In this document: positions 21,167 through 32,232 of the stretch, piece by piece | Layout: each line of letters begins with the position of its first letter | Numbering within the stretch: the first letter of the stretch is position 1 | Assembly (NCBI GenBank): GCA_003281085.1 | Contig: QCCZ01000004.1 | Coordinates: forward strand, 3,419-67,418 | From: OCS155 cluster bacterium AG-349-E07 | Lineage (GTDB): Bacteria > Actinomycetota > Acidimicrobiia > Actinomarinales > Actinomarinaceae | Reading direction: 5' to 3' | Length of the DNA: 64,000 bases | Made by a program: the position numbers and the translations under genes | The notes under the pieces: generated by a model | Databases searched by the model: none | Seen by the model: the letters and a program-made list of their open reading frames with translations, nothing else | What the model was told of the DNA's origin: nothing

Positions 21167-24100
21167 TTACTCGTTTTCTTCCTCTTTTTCCTCACCTAAC
21201 ATAGCTAACCATTGCGCAGGATTTGGCAAAGCATCTTCGTCAGATTCCTCCGTAGTAGATGTCATAAACCCTAATTCTGAAACCTCAGGAGCATCTGGTA
21301 AAGATGGCTTATAAGATTGATAAGCTTCTGATCCAGTACCAGCTGGAATCAAAGTACCAATAATAACATTCTCTTTTAAGCCGCTCAGAGAATCATTACT
21401 TCTCTTCATTGCTGCTTCAGTTAGTACTCTTGTGGTTTCTTGGAAAGATGCTGCTGATAACCATGAGTCTGTTGCAAGGCTAGCTTTTGTGATACCCATA
21501 AGCTCTGGTCTTCCTTCAGCAGGTACTTTTCCATCTTTGACTAACTCTTGGTTAGTCTTTCTAAACAATGTTGCATCAACAAGTTCGTTTGGTAAGAAAT
21601 CAGAATTGTTTGATTTAACAATTCTTACCCTTCTTAACATTTGTCGAACTATCATTTCAACATGCTTGTCATGAACTTCAACTCCTTGGTCTCTGTAAGT
21701 CTTTTGGACTTCATCAACCAGATATTCTTGACAAGTTTTTACACCGTTTATTTGTAAAACTTCTTTAGGGTCTTTAGGCCCTGTAGTTAGAGAATCTCCA
21801 GCGTTGACACTATCTCCTTGATTAATTAAAAGAGTCTGCCTTCTTAAAACTAATAACTCAACCTCTTCTTTTTCATTTGAAATAAAAACATTTTTGTTGC
21901 CTTCAGGGGTTACATCAACAGATTTAACTTTTCCATTTATTGGAGATAGTACAGCCTTACCTTTTGGGGTTCTTGCTTCAAAAAGCTCTACTATTCTTGG
22001 AAGCCCAGATGTGATATCTAACCCGACAACTCCACCAGTGTGAAAAGTCCTCATTGTTAATTGAGTTCCAGGCTCACCGATTGATTGGGCTGATATGATA
22101 CCAACTGCTTCACCTACCTCAACAGGTTTTCCAGTGGCCAAACTGAATCCATAGCAAAGTGGATCCATAGATTCAGGATGTAATGAGTTGAACGGTGTCA
22201 AAACTTTAACACTTTCTACACCAGACTTACCAATTGCATCTAAAACTTCCGCATCTATGAAAGTACCTTTAGATAATTTTGTACCATCATCAAGCTCTAC
22301 AATTTTTTTATCTACTTTTACATCTTCGGAAAGCACTCTACCGTATAGTGTTGAATGCAAATAACGGGTAGCTTTACCGTCATGCATAACTTTCTTTGTC
22401 GTACCTCTCCAGTCAATATTTTCATCTCCTAAATCTTTTACAACAATTCCAGCAGCAACATCAACGAGTCTTCTTGTAAGGTATCCTGAGTCTGCAGTTC
22501 TGAGCGCAGTATCAGCCAAACCTTTTCTAGCACCATGAGTAGAAATGAAATACTCAAGAACTGACATGCCTTCTCGGAAGTTACTCTTAATAGGCCTTTC
22601 AATAATGTCACCTTTTGGATTTGCAACAAGACCTCTCATACCAGCTAACTGCCTGACCTGCATCATATTTCCACGAGCTCCAGACTTAACCATCATATCA
22701 ACAGGGTTAAATTTTTCTGATTCAAGTTCAGCGCTCATGGCATATTGGACTTGATCTGTTGCTTCATTCCAAATTTCAATTATTTTTTGTTTTCTCTCTG
22801 TTTCAGTAATAATGTCTTCTTTATAAAGTTTTTCAACTTTTTCAGCTTCATTTTCATATTTTTCTAAAATTTGATTTTTGCTTGGAGGTGTTTTTACATC
22901 ATTCATTGCAACTGTGAGGCCAGCCTTTGCACCATATTTAAACCCAACTGATTTCATGGAATCAAGGAATATTCTTAATTCCGCTTTATTATATCTTTCA
23001 ATTACTTCAGAAATAATTTTTTTCATTTCTGGTTTTCTTACAGAAGCTTGAACATAAGGAAAGTCTTTAGGAAGTACTGAATTAAAGTGCATTCTACCTA
23101 ATGTAGTTTTTATTAACTTTGTACCATCTACTGGTTCTTCAGTAATTAACTCTGAAAATCTTCCTTTTAAATCACTATGCATTTCAGAACTTCCTGCTAG
23201 GTCACCAACTCGAACATTAATAGGCGTTTGTAGTCCAATATGACCACTTTCATAAGCTATCTGAGCCTCATTAAAGTCAACAAAGTTTAAACTTGCTGAT
23301 TCTAGGTCATCATGACACTCAGTTATGTAATAGAGACCAATAACCATATCTTGACTTGGAGAAACAATCGGGTTTCCAGAAGCTGGTGATAATACATTAT
23401 TAGTTGATAGCATTAAAACTCTTGCTTCAGCTTGGGCTTCAGCAGAAAGTGGGACGTGAACTGCCATTTGGTCACCATCAAAGTCAGCATTGAAAGCCTC
23501 ACAAACTAATGGATGAACTTGAATTGCTTTGCCTTCAACCAATATTGGTTCAAATGCTTGGATGCCTAATCTGTGCAAAGTTGGAGCTCTATTAAGTAAG
23601 ACTGGGTGTTCTTCAATTACTTCTGCCAAAACATCCCAAACTTGCGCTCGTGATCTTTCCACCATACGCTTTGCAGATTTGATATTTTGGGCTAAACCAA
23701 GTTCAACCAATCTTTTCATTACAAACGGTTTAAAAAGTTCTAAAGCCATCATTTTGGGTAAGCCACATTGTTGTAGTTCGAGATGAGGACCAACAACAAT
23801 TACAGATCTAGCTGAGTAATCAACTCTTTTTCCTAGAAGATTCTGACGGAACCTACCTTGCTTTCCTTTTAACATATCAGAAAGTGACTTTAGACCTCTA
23901 CCTCCAGCACCTGCAACTGCTCTGCCTCTTCTTCCATTGTCGAATAAAGCATCAACGGACTCTTGCAACATTCTCTTTTCATTACTTATAATTATTTCTG
24001 GAGCACCGAGTTCAATTAATTTTTTAAGTCTGTTATTTCTATTAATTAGTCTCCTGTATAAGTCATTTAAATCTGATGTTGCAAATCTTCCACCATCAAG

Positions 24101-25081
24101 TTGAACCATTGGTCGTAGTTCTGGAGGGATAACGGGTATAACCTCAAGGATCATTGCTTCTGGAGGGTTCTTTCCATCAGCAAATGGCTTAATTACTTTC
24201 ATTCTTTGAATTGCGCGCTGTCTTCTTTGTGCAGACTTTGACTCTAGATCACTTTCGAGCTTTTCCATTTCTGCTTTCAAATCTACTAATTGTACAAGTT
24301 CTCTTACTGCTTCAGCTCCCATACCACCAGTGAAGTATTCGTCATACTTATCTATCATTTCTCGCCATAATGTATCATTTTCAATTAATGTCTTCGGCTT
24401 AAGAGTCTTTAAAGTTGAGAATGCCTCTTCAATAACTTTAATTTCAGCATCTGACTTAACTTTTTTTTGCTTTATTTCTTTCTCAACTTCTTTTTTTCTA
24501 AGTTGGATCTCAGGTTCTGGAATTTTGGCATTTTCCATCGCTTTAATTTCTGTATCCATTTGTTTAATTCTTTTTTGTTCCCATTCTTCAAAATCTTCAT
24601 TAACAATCTCTACTTCTGCAACAACAGCTTCTTCAAGTTCTGCTAAATCTTTTGTTCGCTTCTTGGCGTCAATAGAAACTACTAAATAAGCTGCAAAATA
24701 AATAACTTTTTCTAATTCTTTTGGAGACATATCAAGAAAATAACCTAAACGACTTGGTACACCTTTAAAATACCAAATATGAGTCACTGGAGCAGCTAGT
24801 TCTATATGCCCCATTCTTTCACGCCTTACTTCTCTTCTTGTTACCTCAACTCCGCATCTCTCACAAACAATGCCCCTATATCTGATTCTTTTATATCTGC
24901 CACATGAACATTCCCAATCTTTAGTTGGTCCAAATATTCTTTCATCAAAAAGTCCGTCTTTTTCAGGCTTCAAAGTTCTGTAGTTAATTGTTTCGGGCTT
25001 CTTTACTTCTCCAAATGACCAACTTCTCATTTGATCAGATGTTGCAAGACTAATACTTAACTCATCAAATATTTTTTCCAT
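21167..25081 (-). CDS. rpoC: DNA-directed RNA polymerase subunit beta-prime
   Basis: 1304 aa with the N-terminal Zn motif [16 protein letters not shown], the catalytic [12 protein letters not shown] motif, and bridge-helix and trigger-loop blocks. Confidence 0.98.
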   Translation of the reverse strand: MEKIFDELSISLATSDQMRSWSFGEVKKPETINYRTLKPEKDGLFDERIFGPTKDWECSCGRYKRIRYRGIVCERCGVEVTRREVRRERMGHIELAAPVTHIWYFKGVPSRLGYFLDMSPKELEKVIYFAAYLVVSIDAKKRTKDLAELEEAVVAEVEIVNEDFEEWEQKRIKQMDTEIKAMENAKIPEPEIQLRKKEVEKEIKQKKVKSDAEIKVIEEAFSTLKTLKPKTLIENDTLWREMIDKYDEYFTGGMGAEAVRELVQLVDLKAEMEKLESDLESKSAQRRQRAIQRMKVIKPFADGKNPPEAMILEVIPVIPPELRPMVQLDGGRFATSDLNDLYRRLINRNNRLKKLIELGAPEIIISNEKRMLQESVDALFDNGRRGRAVAGAGGRGLKSLSDMLKGKQGRFRQNLLGKRVDYSARSVIVVGPHLELQQCGLPKMMALELFKPFVMKRLVELGLAQNIKSAKRMVERSRAQVWDVLAEVIEEHPVLLNRAPTLHRLGIQAFEPILVEGKAIQVHPLVCEAFNADFDGDQMAVHVPLSAEAQAEARVLMLSTNNVLSPASGNPIVSPSQDMVIGLYYITECHDDLESASLNFVDFNEAQIAYESGHIGLQTPINVRVGDLAGSSEMHSDLKGRFSELITEEPVDGTKLIKTTLGRMHFNSVLPKDFPYVQASVRKPEMKKIISEVIERYNKAELRIFLDSMKSVGFKYGAKAGLTVAMNDVKTPPSKNQILEKYENEAEKVEKLYKEDIITETERKQKIIEIWNEATDQVQYAMSAELESEKFNPVDMMVKSGARGNMMQVRQLAGMRGLVANPKGDIIERPIKSNFREGMSVLEYFISTHGARKGLADTALRTADSGYLTRRLVDVAAGIVVKDLGDENIDWRGTTKKVMHDGKATRYLHSTLYGRVLSEDVKVDKKIVELDDGTKLSKGTFIDAEVLDAIGKSGVESVKVLTPFNSLHPESMDPLCYGFSLATGKPVEVGEAVGIISAQSIGEPGTQLTMRTFHTGGVVGLDITSGLPRIVELFEARTPKGKAVLSPINGKVKSVDVTPEGNKNVFISNEKEEVELLVLRRQTLLINQGDSVNAGDSLTTGPKDPKEVLQINGVKTCQEYLVDEVQKTYRDQGVEVHDKHVEMIVRQMLRRVRIVKSNNSDFLPNELVDATLFRKTNQELVKDGKVPAEGRPELMGITKASLATDSWLSAASFQETTRVLTEAAMKRSNDSLSGLKENVIIGTLIPAGTGSEAYQSYKPSLPDAPEVSELGFMTSTTEESDEDALPNPAQWLAMLGEEKEEENE

Positions 25082-25084
25082 TAT

Positions 25085-28000
25085 TTATACCTCAGCCTCA
25101 TCTTGTTCTGGTCTTGTCATATCAATTCCTAATGTTTCAGCTGTTTTTACATATTCATCGCTAATATCCTTCATTGAAATTTCTTCTCCAGCAGATAGGA
25201 TTTCAACATTTAAGCAAAGGCTTTGCATCTCTTTAAGGAGGACTTTAAATGATTCAGGAATTCCTGGTTCTGGTATATTGTCACCTTTAACTATTGATTC
25301 ATAAACTTTTACCCTTCCAACAGTATCGTCAGATTTAATTGTCAGCAGTTCCTGTAGAGCATAGCTTGCACCATAAGCTTCTAGAGCCCAAACTTCCATT
25401 TCACCAAATCTTTGACCTCCAAATTGAGCTTTGCCTCCAAGTGGTTGTTGAGTAATCATTGAATAAGGTCCGGTTGATCTTGCATGAATTTTTTCATCAA
25501 CTAAATGTATAAGTTTTAATATATATGTGTACCCAACAGTAATCTTTGAATCAAAAGCTTCTCCTGTTCTGCCATCAAACAAGGTTGCTTTTCCATCTTC
25601 ATCAACAAGCAAGTTTCCATCTCTATTAGGGTTCACATTTCTTAAAATTTCATGTATTTCATCTTCATCAGCTCCATCAAATACAGGAGTTGAAATTAAT
25701 GTTCCAGGTTTTGCACCTTTAGCTGCTTTTGTTCCACCTTTATATTCACCCCAACCTTGGTCTGCAGCCCAACCTAAATGGGTTTCTAATATTTGACCAA
25801 GATTCATTCGACTAGGAACACCTAATGGTGAGAGCATAATATCAAGTGGTCTGCCGTCTTCCATGTAAGGCATATCTTCAACAGGTAGTATTTTTGAAAT
25901 CACTCCCTTGTTACCATGTCTTCCTGATAACTTATCTCCAACTTGTATTTTTCTTTGTATTGCGACGTAAACTCGTACTTTTTGATTAACACCTGGTGGC
26001 AAATCGGCGCCTTCGTCTCTCTTTAAGATTTGTACATCAATTACTTTTCCTCTTTCACCATGAGGAACTCGTAATGAAGTATCTCTTACTTCTCTAGCTT
26101 TCTCTCCAAATATTGCTCTTAAAAGTCTCTCTTCTGGAGTAAGTTCTGTCTCACCTTTCGGAGTTACTTTTCCAACCAAATAATCTCCAGGCGATACTTC
26201 AGCACCAATTCTTACAATACCCATTTCATCAAGGTCCATTAAAACTTCTTCCGCAACATTAGGAATATCTCTAGTTATTTCTTCTTCACCTAATTTTGTA
26301 TCCCTAGCTTCAATTTCGTGTTCAGCTATGTGGACAGATGTAAGAACATCTTCTTTGACTAATCTTTCAGAAATAACAATTGAATCTTCAAAATTGTATC
26401 CATCCCACGGCATATATCCAACTAGTAAGTTTTTCCCCAATGCTAATTCTCCACCTTGGGTACTTGGCCCATCAGCTAAAACATCACCGGGCTTTACTTT
26501 TGTTCCAACTTTAACTAATGGTTTTTGATTCCAACTAGTTGCTTGATTTGAACGCTTAAATTTGAGTACCTGGTATCTATACTTTTTATTTGTTCCATCT
26601 TCTTTGACAGTTATTTCATCACCTGTTACAGCCTCAACGATTCCTGCAATATTTGAAATTAGTGCTTCTCCAGAATCTCTAGCTACATTTTCTTCCATGC
26701 CAGTTCCAACGTAAGGTGCTTCTGTTTTTACAAGAGGAACTGCTTGTCGTTGCATGTTTGAACCCATTAAGGCTCTATTTGCATCATCGTGTTCAAGAAA
26801 AGGTATTAACGCAGTAGTTACGGAACAGATTTGTTTAGGACTAACATCCATGTAATCTATGTCTTTGTCTGAGACGAAAGCGACTGATCCCCCATCTTGT
26901 CTTGCAAGCACCCTTTTGTTTTGAAAGGTTCCGTCTTCATTTAATGGTGCATTAGCCTGTGCTATTGTATATATGTCTTCTTGTGCAGCAGTGAGGTAAA
27001 CTGCTCTACTTGTTTTTACTACACCATTTTCAACTTTCCAATATGGCGTTTCAATAAAACCAAATTTATTGACTCTTCCGTAAGTTGCCAATGTACCAAT
27101 AAGTCCAATATTTGGACCTTCTGGAGTCTCAATTGGACACATTCTTCCGTAATGAGATGGATGAACGTCTCGGACTTCAAAACCAGCTCTCTCCCTAGAA
27201 AGACCTCCTGGTCCAAGGGCTGAAAGTCTTCTTCTATGAGTAAGTCCAGCAATCGGGTTTGGTTGATCCATAAATTGACTTAATTGACTTGTTCCAAAAA
27301 ATTCTTTTAAGGAAGCTTGGATAGGTCTTATGTTTATTAATGATTGTGGAGTAATTGCTTCTGGTTCCTGGGTAGTCATTCTTTCTCTAACAACTCTCTC
27401 TAGTCTACTAAGACCGACACGTACCTGATTTTGAATTAATTCTCCAACTGTCCTGATTCTTCTATTTCCAAAATGATCAATATCATCTAGTTTGACCGGA
27501 ATTTCTTTTCCTAAATTGTTTTTAAAACTTTCTTCACCTGAATGCAGGGCAATTACATATTTAATTGAGTCAATCATGTCTTCTATTCTTAACATGCCGT
27601 CAACTTCAGTAGAGTATGTTTCAGCATCTTTCTCGCCGTATTCACGTCCAAGTTTTTGCTCAACCTTATATCTTCCAACCTTTGTTAGGTCATATCTTTT
27701 AGGAGTGTAGAACATCTGCTTTACCAGATTTCTAGCTGATTCAACTGAGGCAGGTTCTCCTGGACGAAGCTTTCTATATAAGTCAATTAGCGCTGCTTCT
27801 CTAGTAGTATCAGGATCTCTTTCAATAGTGTTATGAACTGATGGATAGTCTCCAAGAAGCTCAATAGCATCTTCTTTGTTTTCAATTACATCCAAAGCCA
27901 TTAAAAACCCAGTAATGTGCTGTCTTCTTTTTCTATCTACTCTTACACCTAAAGTGTCTCTTTTATCTGTGTCAAATTCAAGCCATGCACCTCTTCCAGG

Positions 28001-28474
28001 AATCATTTTTCCAATAAAAACTTCTTTGTCTGAAGTCTTATCAATTTCTTGAGAAAAATATACACCTGGAGATCTAACTAGCTGACTTACAATTACTCTT
28101 TCTGTACCATTTATAACGAATGTACCCGTATCAGTCATAATTGGGAAATCGCCTAAAAATACTGTCTGTTGTTTAATTTGGCCTGTTTCTCTATCAAGAA
28201 ATTGGGCAGTTACATATAAAGGTTGTGAATAAGTAGAGTCTGTTACTCTGCAGTCTTCAAGAGTCTTTAGCGGTTCTTCAAAATAATGGTTCAAAAATTC
28301 TAATGAAAAACGACCAGAGAAATCTTCAATAGGTGAAATTTCTTCAAGTATTTCTTTTAGACCTTCTTCAATAAACCACTTGAAGGAATCTTTTTGTATA
28401 ATTAATAAGTCTGGAATATCTAGAACTTTTGGAATTTTTGCAAACGAAAGTCTAGAATTCTGAACAGCGGACAA
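25085..28474 (-). CDS. rpoB: DNA-directed RNA polymerase subunit beta
   Basis: The ORF track runs to 28501, but that extension translates an AGGAGG box (28479-28484). I place the start at TTG 28474 (or 28477), giving [15 protein letters not shown]... The sequence is RpoB-like throughout. Confidence 0.95.
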   Translation of the reverse strand: MSAVQNSRLSFAKIPKVLDIPDLLIIQKDSFKWFIEEGLKEILEEISPIEDFSGRFSLEFLNHYFEEPLKTLEDCRVTDSTYSQPLYVTAQFLDRETGQIKQQTVFLGDFPIMTDTGTFVINGTERVIVSQLVRSPGVYFSQEIDKTSDKEVFIGKMIPGRGAWLEFDTDKRDTLGVRVDRKRRQHITGFLMALDVIENKEDAIELLGDYPSVHNTIERDPDTTREAALIDLYRKLRPGEPASVESARNLVKQMFYTPKRYDLTKVGRYKVEQKLGREYGEKDAETYSTEVDGMLRIEDMIDSIKYVIALHSGEESFKNNLGKEIPVKLDDIDHFGNRRIRTVGELIQNQVRVGLSRLERVVRERMTTQEPEAITPQSLINIRPIQASLKEFFGTSQLSQFMDQPNPIAGLTHRRRLSALGPGGLSRERAGFEVRDVHPSHYGRMCPIETPEGPNIGLIGTLATYGRVNKFGFIETPYWKVENGVVKTSRAVYLTAAQEDIYTIAQANAPLNEDGTFQNKRVLARQDGGSVAFVSDKDIDYMDVSPKQICSVTTALIPFLEHDDANRALMGSNMQRQAVPLVKTEAPYVGTGMEENVARDSGEALISNIAGIVEAVTGDEITVKEDGTNKKYRYQVLKFKRSNQATSWNQKPLVKVGTKVKPGDVLADGPSTQGGELALGKNLLVGYMPWDGYNFEDSIVISERLVKEDVLTSVHIAEHEIEARDTKLGEEEITRDIPNVAEEVLMDLDEMGIVRIGAEVSPGDYLVGKVTPKGETELTPEERLLRAIFGEKAREVRDTSLRVPHGERGKVIDVQILKRDEGADLPPGVNQKVRVYVAIQRKIQVGDKLSGRHGNKGVISKILPVEDMPYMEDGRPLDIMLSPLGVPSRMNLGQILETHLGWAADQGWGEYKGGTKAAKGAKPGTLISTPVFDGADEDEIHEILRNVNPNRDGNLLVDEDGKATLFDGRTGEAFDSKITVGYTYILKLIHLVDEKIHARSTGPYSMITQQPLGGKAQFGGQRFGEMEVWALEAYGASYALQELLTIKSDDTVGRVKVYESIVKGDNIPEPGIPESFKVLLKEMQSLCLNVEILSAGEEISMKDISDEYVKTAETLGIDMTRPEQDEAEV

Positions 28475-28560
28475 CAAGCCTCCTAAAAAAATTAATAACA
28501 ACTACCCGAAAGGTAGAGTATATTAGTACTTTTTATTTAAGCAAACAAATAATAATAAAA

Positions 28561-28947
28561 TTATTTCAATTCTACAGTTGCGCCAGCACCTTCTAGGGCT
28601 TCTTTAGCTTTTTCAGCATCTTCTTTGGAAGCACCAGAAAGTATATCTGAAGGAGCGTTATCAACAAGTTCTTTGGCTTCTTTTAGTCCTAAACTAGTTA
28701 AGCCTCTAACTTCTTTGATAACTTGTATCTTTTGTGAACCTGCATCTGCAAGAACAACATCAAAAGAATCTTTTTCTTCTCCCGCTCCTGCGTCATCTCC
28801 TCCCCCTGCTGGTGCAGCGGCAACAGCGATAGGGGCTGCAGCAGTAACATCAAACTTTTCTTCAAAAGCGTCTAAGAATTCTTTTAATTCTAATACTGTC
28901 ATCTCCTCAAATACGCCAAGCAACTCATCAGTTGTCATTTTAGCCAT
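28561..28947 (-). CDS. rplL: 50S ribosomal protein L7/L12
   Basis: 128 aa with an Ala/Gly-rich hinge and the C-terminal domain [23 protein letters not shown]. Confidence 0.97.
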   Translation of the reverse strand: MAKMTTDELLGVFEEMTVLELKEFLDAFEEKFDVTAAAPIAVAAAPAGGGDDAGAGEEKDSFDVVLADAGSQKIQVIKEVRGLTSLGLKEAKELVDNAPSDILSGASKEDAEKAKEALEGAGATVELK

Positions 28948-28950
28948 TTG

Positions 28951-29544
28951 TTATTCCTCCTCATTTTTAACTTCTTCAGAAATTGCAACATCCTCATCAG
29001 GAGAGGCAACTTCAGAAACTTCTTCTGTCGATGCTTTTTTATCGACCAATGCGCTCAAAGCATAAGATGCTTTATTGATAATAGCTTTTGTGCCCGCAGC
29101 CACTTTTACTAGAGGGGCATTAAATCCTCCAGCAATTTTGGCAAGAAGTACATCTCTAGGTTCAATATTCGCAAGCACATTAATTTGTTCAACAGTTAAA
29201 GGTTCTGAATTCATTAATCCACCTTTAACTACAAAGGCATCATTTTCTTTTGAAAAATCTTTTAATACTTTTGCAGCTTCCACAGGATCAGAATCAATAA
29301 TTGTGACACCAGTAGGTCCTGCAAAATAATCTGAGAGCGAATCTAGTCCAATATTTTCAGCTGCTCTTTTAGCAAGCGACATTTTTACTACATTAAAAGA
29401 CGCGCCTGCATTTTTTAAAGATCTTCTAAGCTTAGTTTGTTGAGATACAGTAAGGCCTCTATATTCTGCCAGTACCAAAGCGTTTGCAGACTTAAATAAA
29501 TCTTCTAAGTCTTTAACAGCTTTAACTTTATCTTCTCTTACCAT
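28951..29544 (-). CDS. rplJ: 50S ribosomal protein L10
   Basis: 197 aa. The sequence VLAEYRGLTVSQQTKLRRSL is typical of L10, and the gene precedes rplL. Confidence 0.95.
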   Translation of the reverse strand: MVREDKVKAVKDLEDLFKSANALVLAEYRGLTVSQQTKLRRSLKNAGASFNVVKMSLAKRAAENIGLDSLSDYFAGPTGVTIIDSDPVEAAKVLKDFSKENDAFVVKGGLMNSEPLTVEQINVLANIEPRDVLLAKIAGGFNAPLVKVAAGTKAIINKASYALSALVDKKASTEEVSEVASPDEDVAISEEVKNEEE

Positions 29545-29552
29545 ATAAAAAA

Positions 29553-29569
29553 TCCTTGCACACCAAGGA
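29553..29569 (-). promoter_or_regulatory. SD-sequestering hairpin in the rplJ leader (possible L10-L12 autoregulatory element)
   Basis: The minus strand reads TCCTTG-GTGTG-CAAGGA. The 3' arm contains the only AAGGA, 8 nt before the rplJ ATG, within a 131-nt leader. Confidence 0.35.
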
Positions 29570-29675
29570 CCATAATCACTTTACCTGCGTTAGATTTACA
29601 ATAAATGACTAACGGTCTTTGGTTTTAATTGTCTTTTAATAATATAAACTTCTTTTAATTTTAAATACAAATAAA

Positions 29676-30362
29676 TTACAGATTTATATCAACTGGTATT
29701 GATGGTCCCATAGTTGATGAAATGTAAACACTTTTTATGAATTCACCTTTTGAAGAAGCTGGTTTAGATTTTAAGACTTCTGCAATAACTTCATCAAAGT
29801 TTTGTAAAATGCTATCTGCATCAAATGAAACTTTGCCTATGGACATTTGTAAATTTCCAAATTTATCATTTTTAATTTCTATCTTTCCTTTTTTAAAGTC
29901 CTCAACAGCTTTCGCAACATTAGGAGTTACTGTACCGGTTTTTGGATTAGGCATGAGTCCTTTAGGTCCAAGAATTTTTCCTAATTGACCAACTTCAGCC
30001 ATCATTTCAGGTGTAGAAATTACAATATCAACATCTAACTTTTCTTCTGAAGCAATTTTTGTAGCCAATTCTTTACCACCAACTATGTCTGCTCCTGCTT
30101 CCTCAGCTTGTGTTAGGGCCTCTCCACCAGCAAAAACAGCGATTTTTACTTCTTTACCAGTTCCATTTGGTAAAGAAACTGTACTTCTAATATTTTGTTC
30201 TGCATCTTTTGCATCGATACCTAAAGAAAAAGAAACGTCAATAGATTCATCAAATTTTGCTGATGCTATCTCTTTGCAGGTTTTAATAGCTTCTGATTTC
30301 GATTGTTTAGTCTCAGATATTTTCTCTTTGGCTTGTACGTATTTTTTTCCGTGTTTTTTCAT
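29676..30362 (-). CDS. rplA: 50S ribosomal protein L1
   Basis: 228 aa. The sequence FDESIDVSFSLGID....NIRSTVSLPNGTGK is typical of L1. Confidence 0.96.
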   Translation of the reverse strand: MKKHGKKYVQAKEKISETKQSKSEAIKTCKEIASAKFDESIDVSFSLGIDAKDAEQNIRSTVSLPNGTGKEVKIAVFAGGEALTQAEEAGADIVGGKELATKIASEEKLDVDIVISTPEMMAEVGQLGKILGPKGLMPNPKTGTVTPNVAKAVEDFKKGKIEIKNDKFGNLQMSIGKVSFDADSILQNFDEVIAEVLKSKPASSKGEFIKSVYISSTMGPSIPVDINL

Positions 30363-30412
30363 TTATACTCCTTTGGTTCGAACGATTTTAATCTCCCAAA
30401 TATTACTAGTCT

Positions 30413-30838
30413 TTAATTTTCTACAGTCACTCCCATTGATCTGGCAGTTCCTGCAATAATATTTATAGCTGCGTCAATATCATTTGCATTCAAATCTTGC
30501 ATTTTCACTTCAGCAATATTTTTTAGTTGATCTTTAGTGATTGAGCCAACTTTTTCTTTATGCGGTTCTGGAGATCCTGATTCTAGACCTATTGCCTTTT
30601 TAATTAAATATGAAGCTGGAGCAGTTTTTGTAACAAAAGTGAATGAATTGTCTTCATATATAGTTATTTCTACTGGCACAGTTTCTCCCTGTCTGCTTGC
30701 GGTATCATTGTTAAATGCTTGAACAAAATCCATGATGTTTACACCATATTGACCCAACGCTGAACCAACTGGCGGTGCTGGTGTAGCTCCTCCGCCAGGT
30801 ATTTGTAATTTAAGTAATGCTTTAATTGGTTTTGACAT
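30413..30838 (-). CDS. rplK: 50S ribosomal protein L11
   Basis: 141 aa. The sequence [28 protein letters not shown] is typical of L11. Confidence 0.97.
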   Translation of the reverse strand: MSKPIKALLKLQIPGGGATPAPPVGSALGQYGVNIMDFVQAFNNDTASRQGETVPVEITIYEDNSFTFVTKTAPASYLIKKAIGLESGSPEPHKEKVGSITKDQLKNIAEVKMQDLNANDIDAAINIIAGTARSMGVTVEN

Positions 30839-30846
30839 TTGTATCC

Positions 30847-31467
30847 TTAATTTTTCACTATATCTGTAAAGCCAAGCTCTACAGGAGTTTCTCGTCCAAA
30901 TATATTAACTAGAACTGTAACTTTTGATTGGTCTAAATTAATTTCCTCAATGATGCCGTTGAAGTCTGCAAAAGGACCTGTTGTGACTCTTACTGTTTCT
31001 CCAATTTCAAAATCTGGCTTGAATTTTGGAGACTCTTTTTTGACTTCTACCTCTTCGTTAGATCCTAAAATGCGTTCAATCTCTCTTCTAGATAAAGGGA
31101 TAGGTCTTTTCCCAGAACCAACAAACCCAATGATTGAAGGTGTGTTCCTAATTTCATACCAAGTAGTATCATCCAGATCCATCCTTACTAGTACATATCC
31201 AGGAAAAGTCTTTTTTTCTAAATTAACTTTTTTACCGTTTCTAATTTCTACAACTTCATCAGTGGGAATTACTACATCATATACTTTGTCTTCTAAATGA
31301 AGATTCTTTATTCTAGTTAAAATATTTGTTCTTACTTTTTTTTCATGTCCAGATTGTGCGTTTAATACAAACCACTCACCTGGCAGGTCATAAGGATGTG
31401 AAGGTGAATCCTCTATTTCATCACTTAATTCATTTGTTTCTTCTGTTGTAACTGTGTCTTCTACCAT
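30847..31467 (-). CDS. nusG: Transcription termination/antitermination factor NusG
   Basis: 206 aa with an acidic N-terminal tail, then [14 protein letters not shown] (NGN domain) and a C-terminal KOW ([16 protein letters not shown]). Confidence 0.94.
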   Translation of the reverse strand: MVEDTVTTEETNELSDEIEDSPSHPYDLPGEWFVLNAQSGHEKKVRTNILTRIKNLHLEDKVYDVVIPTDEVVEIRNGKKVNLEKKTFPGYVLVRMDLDDTTWYEIRNTPSIIGFVGSGKRPIPLSRREIERILGSNEEVEVKKESPKFKPDFEIGETVRVTTGPFADFNGIIEEINLDQSKVTVLVNIFGRETPVELGFTDIVKN

Positions 31468-31769
31468 TATTCACCAAAGGTTAATAGGTTAATCAAAGAA
31501 TTTTTAAAACTAAAGTCCATTCCAAAAATAAATGTAGTAAAAAATGCAATTGTAATAATTGTTACAAGTGTGAATGAAGTTAGAGTTGAATATGTAGGCC
31601 AGTTAACTCTTTTTAATTCGGTCCTAACCTCTCCAAGATAATTTGTAATTCTCTTAAATCTAGAAACTTTTTCTCCGGATTGATATTTGCCAATATTTCT
31701 TTCAGCTTTTTTTGCCAAACGCTCTTCACGTTCGGACATTCTCCTCATTTCTCTGTTCATTTCATTCAT
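31467..31769 (-). CDS. secE: Preprotein translocase subunit SecE
   Basis: I place the start at ATG 31769 (MNEMNREM..), after AGAGG. The longer track ORF would run into tRNA-Trp. It has a C-terminal TM plus the motif YLGEVRTELKRVNWP. Confidence 0.88.
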   Translation of the reverse strand: MNEMNREMRRMSEREERLAKKAERNIGKYQSGEKVSRFKRITNYLGEVRTELKRVNWPTYSTLTSFTLVTIITIAFFTTFIFGMDFSFKNSLINLLTFGE

Positions 31770-31780
31770 AATTACCTCTG

Positions 31781-31854
31781 CAGGGGCGGTGAGACTCGAA
31801 CTCACAACCTACGGTTTTGGAGACCGTCGCTCTGCCAATTAGAGCTACACCCCT
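31781..31854 (-). tRNA. trpT: tRNA-Trp (anticodon CCA)
   Basis: I folded the 74-nt cloverleaf by hand: acceptor AGGGGTG/CGCCCCT, anticodon arm ACGGT-CTCCAAA-ACCGT, T arm GTGAG-TTCGAGT-CTCAC. No CCA is encoded. Confidence 0.92.
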
Positions 31855-31857
31855 AAG

Positions 31858-32232
31858 TTACTGCTCCTTCTCTAATTTATTAGACGAGCGTTTTCTTCCA
31901 AATATTAAAAATACAATTGATAATATTCCAAGCAATGTCAATAATATTATTTTTGTGCTCTTACTTGTAGTTGTTTTTACTTTTTTATCAAGTGAAGACA
32001 TTACTTTTGAAGCAAAATCTGTTGGAACCTCTACATCTTTTTGAAATTCATTATCTAACTCCTCTTTAAAGGCTTTGTATCTTTTTCCAGATACCTGACA
32101 CTTGATGCATGAAGATGCATGTAAGTTGTCGTCGAAACCAAAATATTCGTTACTTAAATATGCTGAAAGCATCTTATTTCTTGTTCTTCTACACAGAATA
32201 TTTTTTTTCAAATCATTAAAAAAATCTCTCAT
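31858..32232 (-). CDS. Membrane-anchored zinc-binding (ZAS-type) anti-sigma factor
   Basis: 124 aa with Cys14 and H38-x3-C42-x2-C45 (LHASSCIKC), the ZAS signature. It has one C-terminal TM helix and a 4-nt overlap with the upstream ECF sigma gene. Confidence 0.75.
   Translation of the reverse strand: MRDFFNDLKKNILCRRTRNKMLSAYLSNEYFGFDDNLHASSCIKCQVSGKRYKAFKEELDNEFQKDVEVPTDFASKVMSSLDKKVKTTTSKSTKIILLTLLGILSIVFLIFGRKRSSNKLEKEQ

Noticed and set aside
28502-28516. A small hairpin, CTACC-CGAAA-GGTAG, in the rplL-rpoB spacer, considered as an attenuator like the E. coli rplL-rpoB partial terminator.
   Set aside because: The stem is only 5 bp and no clean U-tract follows. That is too weak to call from sequence alone.
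28625-29065. A 146-aa plus-strand ORF, plus many similar long plus-strand ORFs in the track (e.g. 2570-2812, 10874-11209, 12305-12691, 14231-14536, 17208-17846, 24330-24689, 25527-25796, 29075-29329, 30085-30459, 30950-31300, 36659-36991, 43025-43339, 52839-53174, 54610-54930).
   Set aside because: All lie antisense to genes with unmistakable conserved products (ribosomal proteins, RpoB/C, EF-Tu, Nuo, ABC components). Their translations are low-complexity Ser/Phe/Leu/Thr-rich strings with no recognisable motif. This is the usual mirror-frame artefact of strongly biased coding sequence.
30363-30412. A possible L1-binding rRNA mimic (TTTGG..GGGAG..CCAAA hairpin) in the rplK-rplA spacer.
   Set aside because: The stem is 5 bp, and I cannot verify the L1 recognition motif from memory with enough precision. 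I leave it as unexplained spacer.
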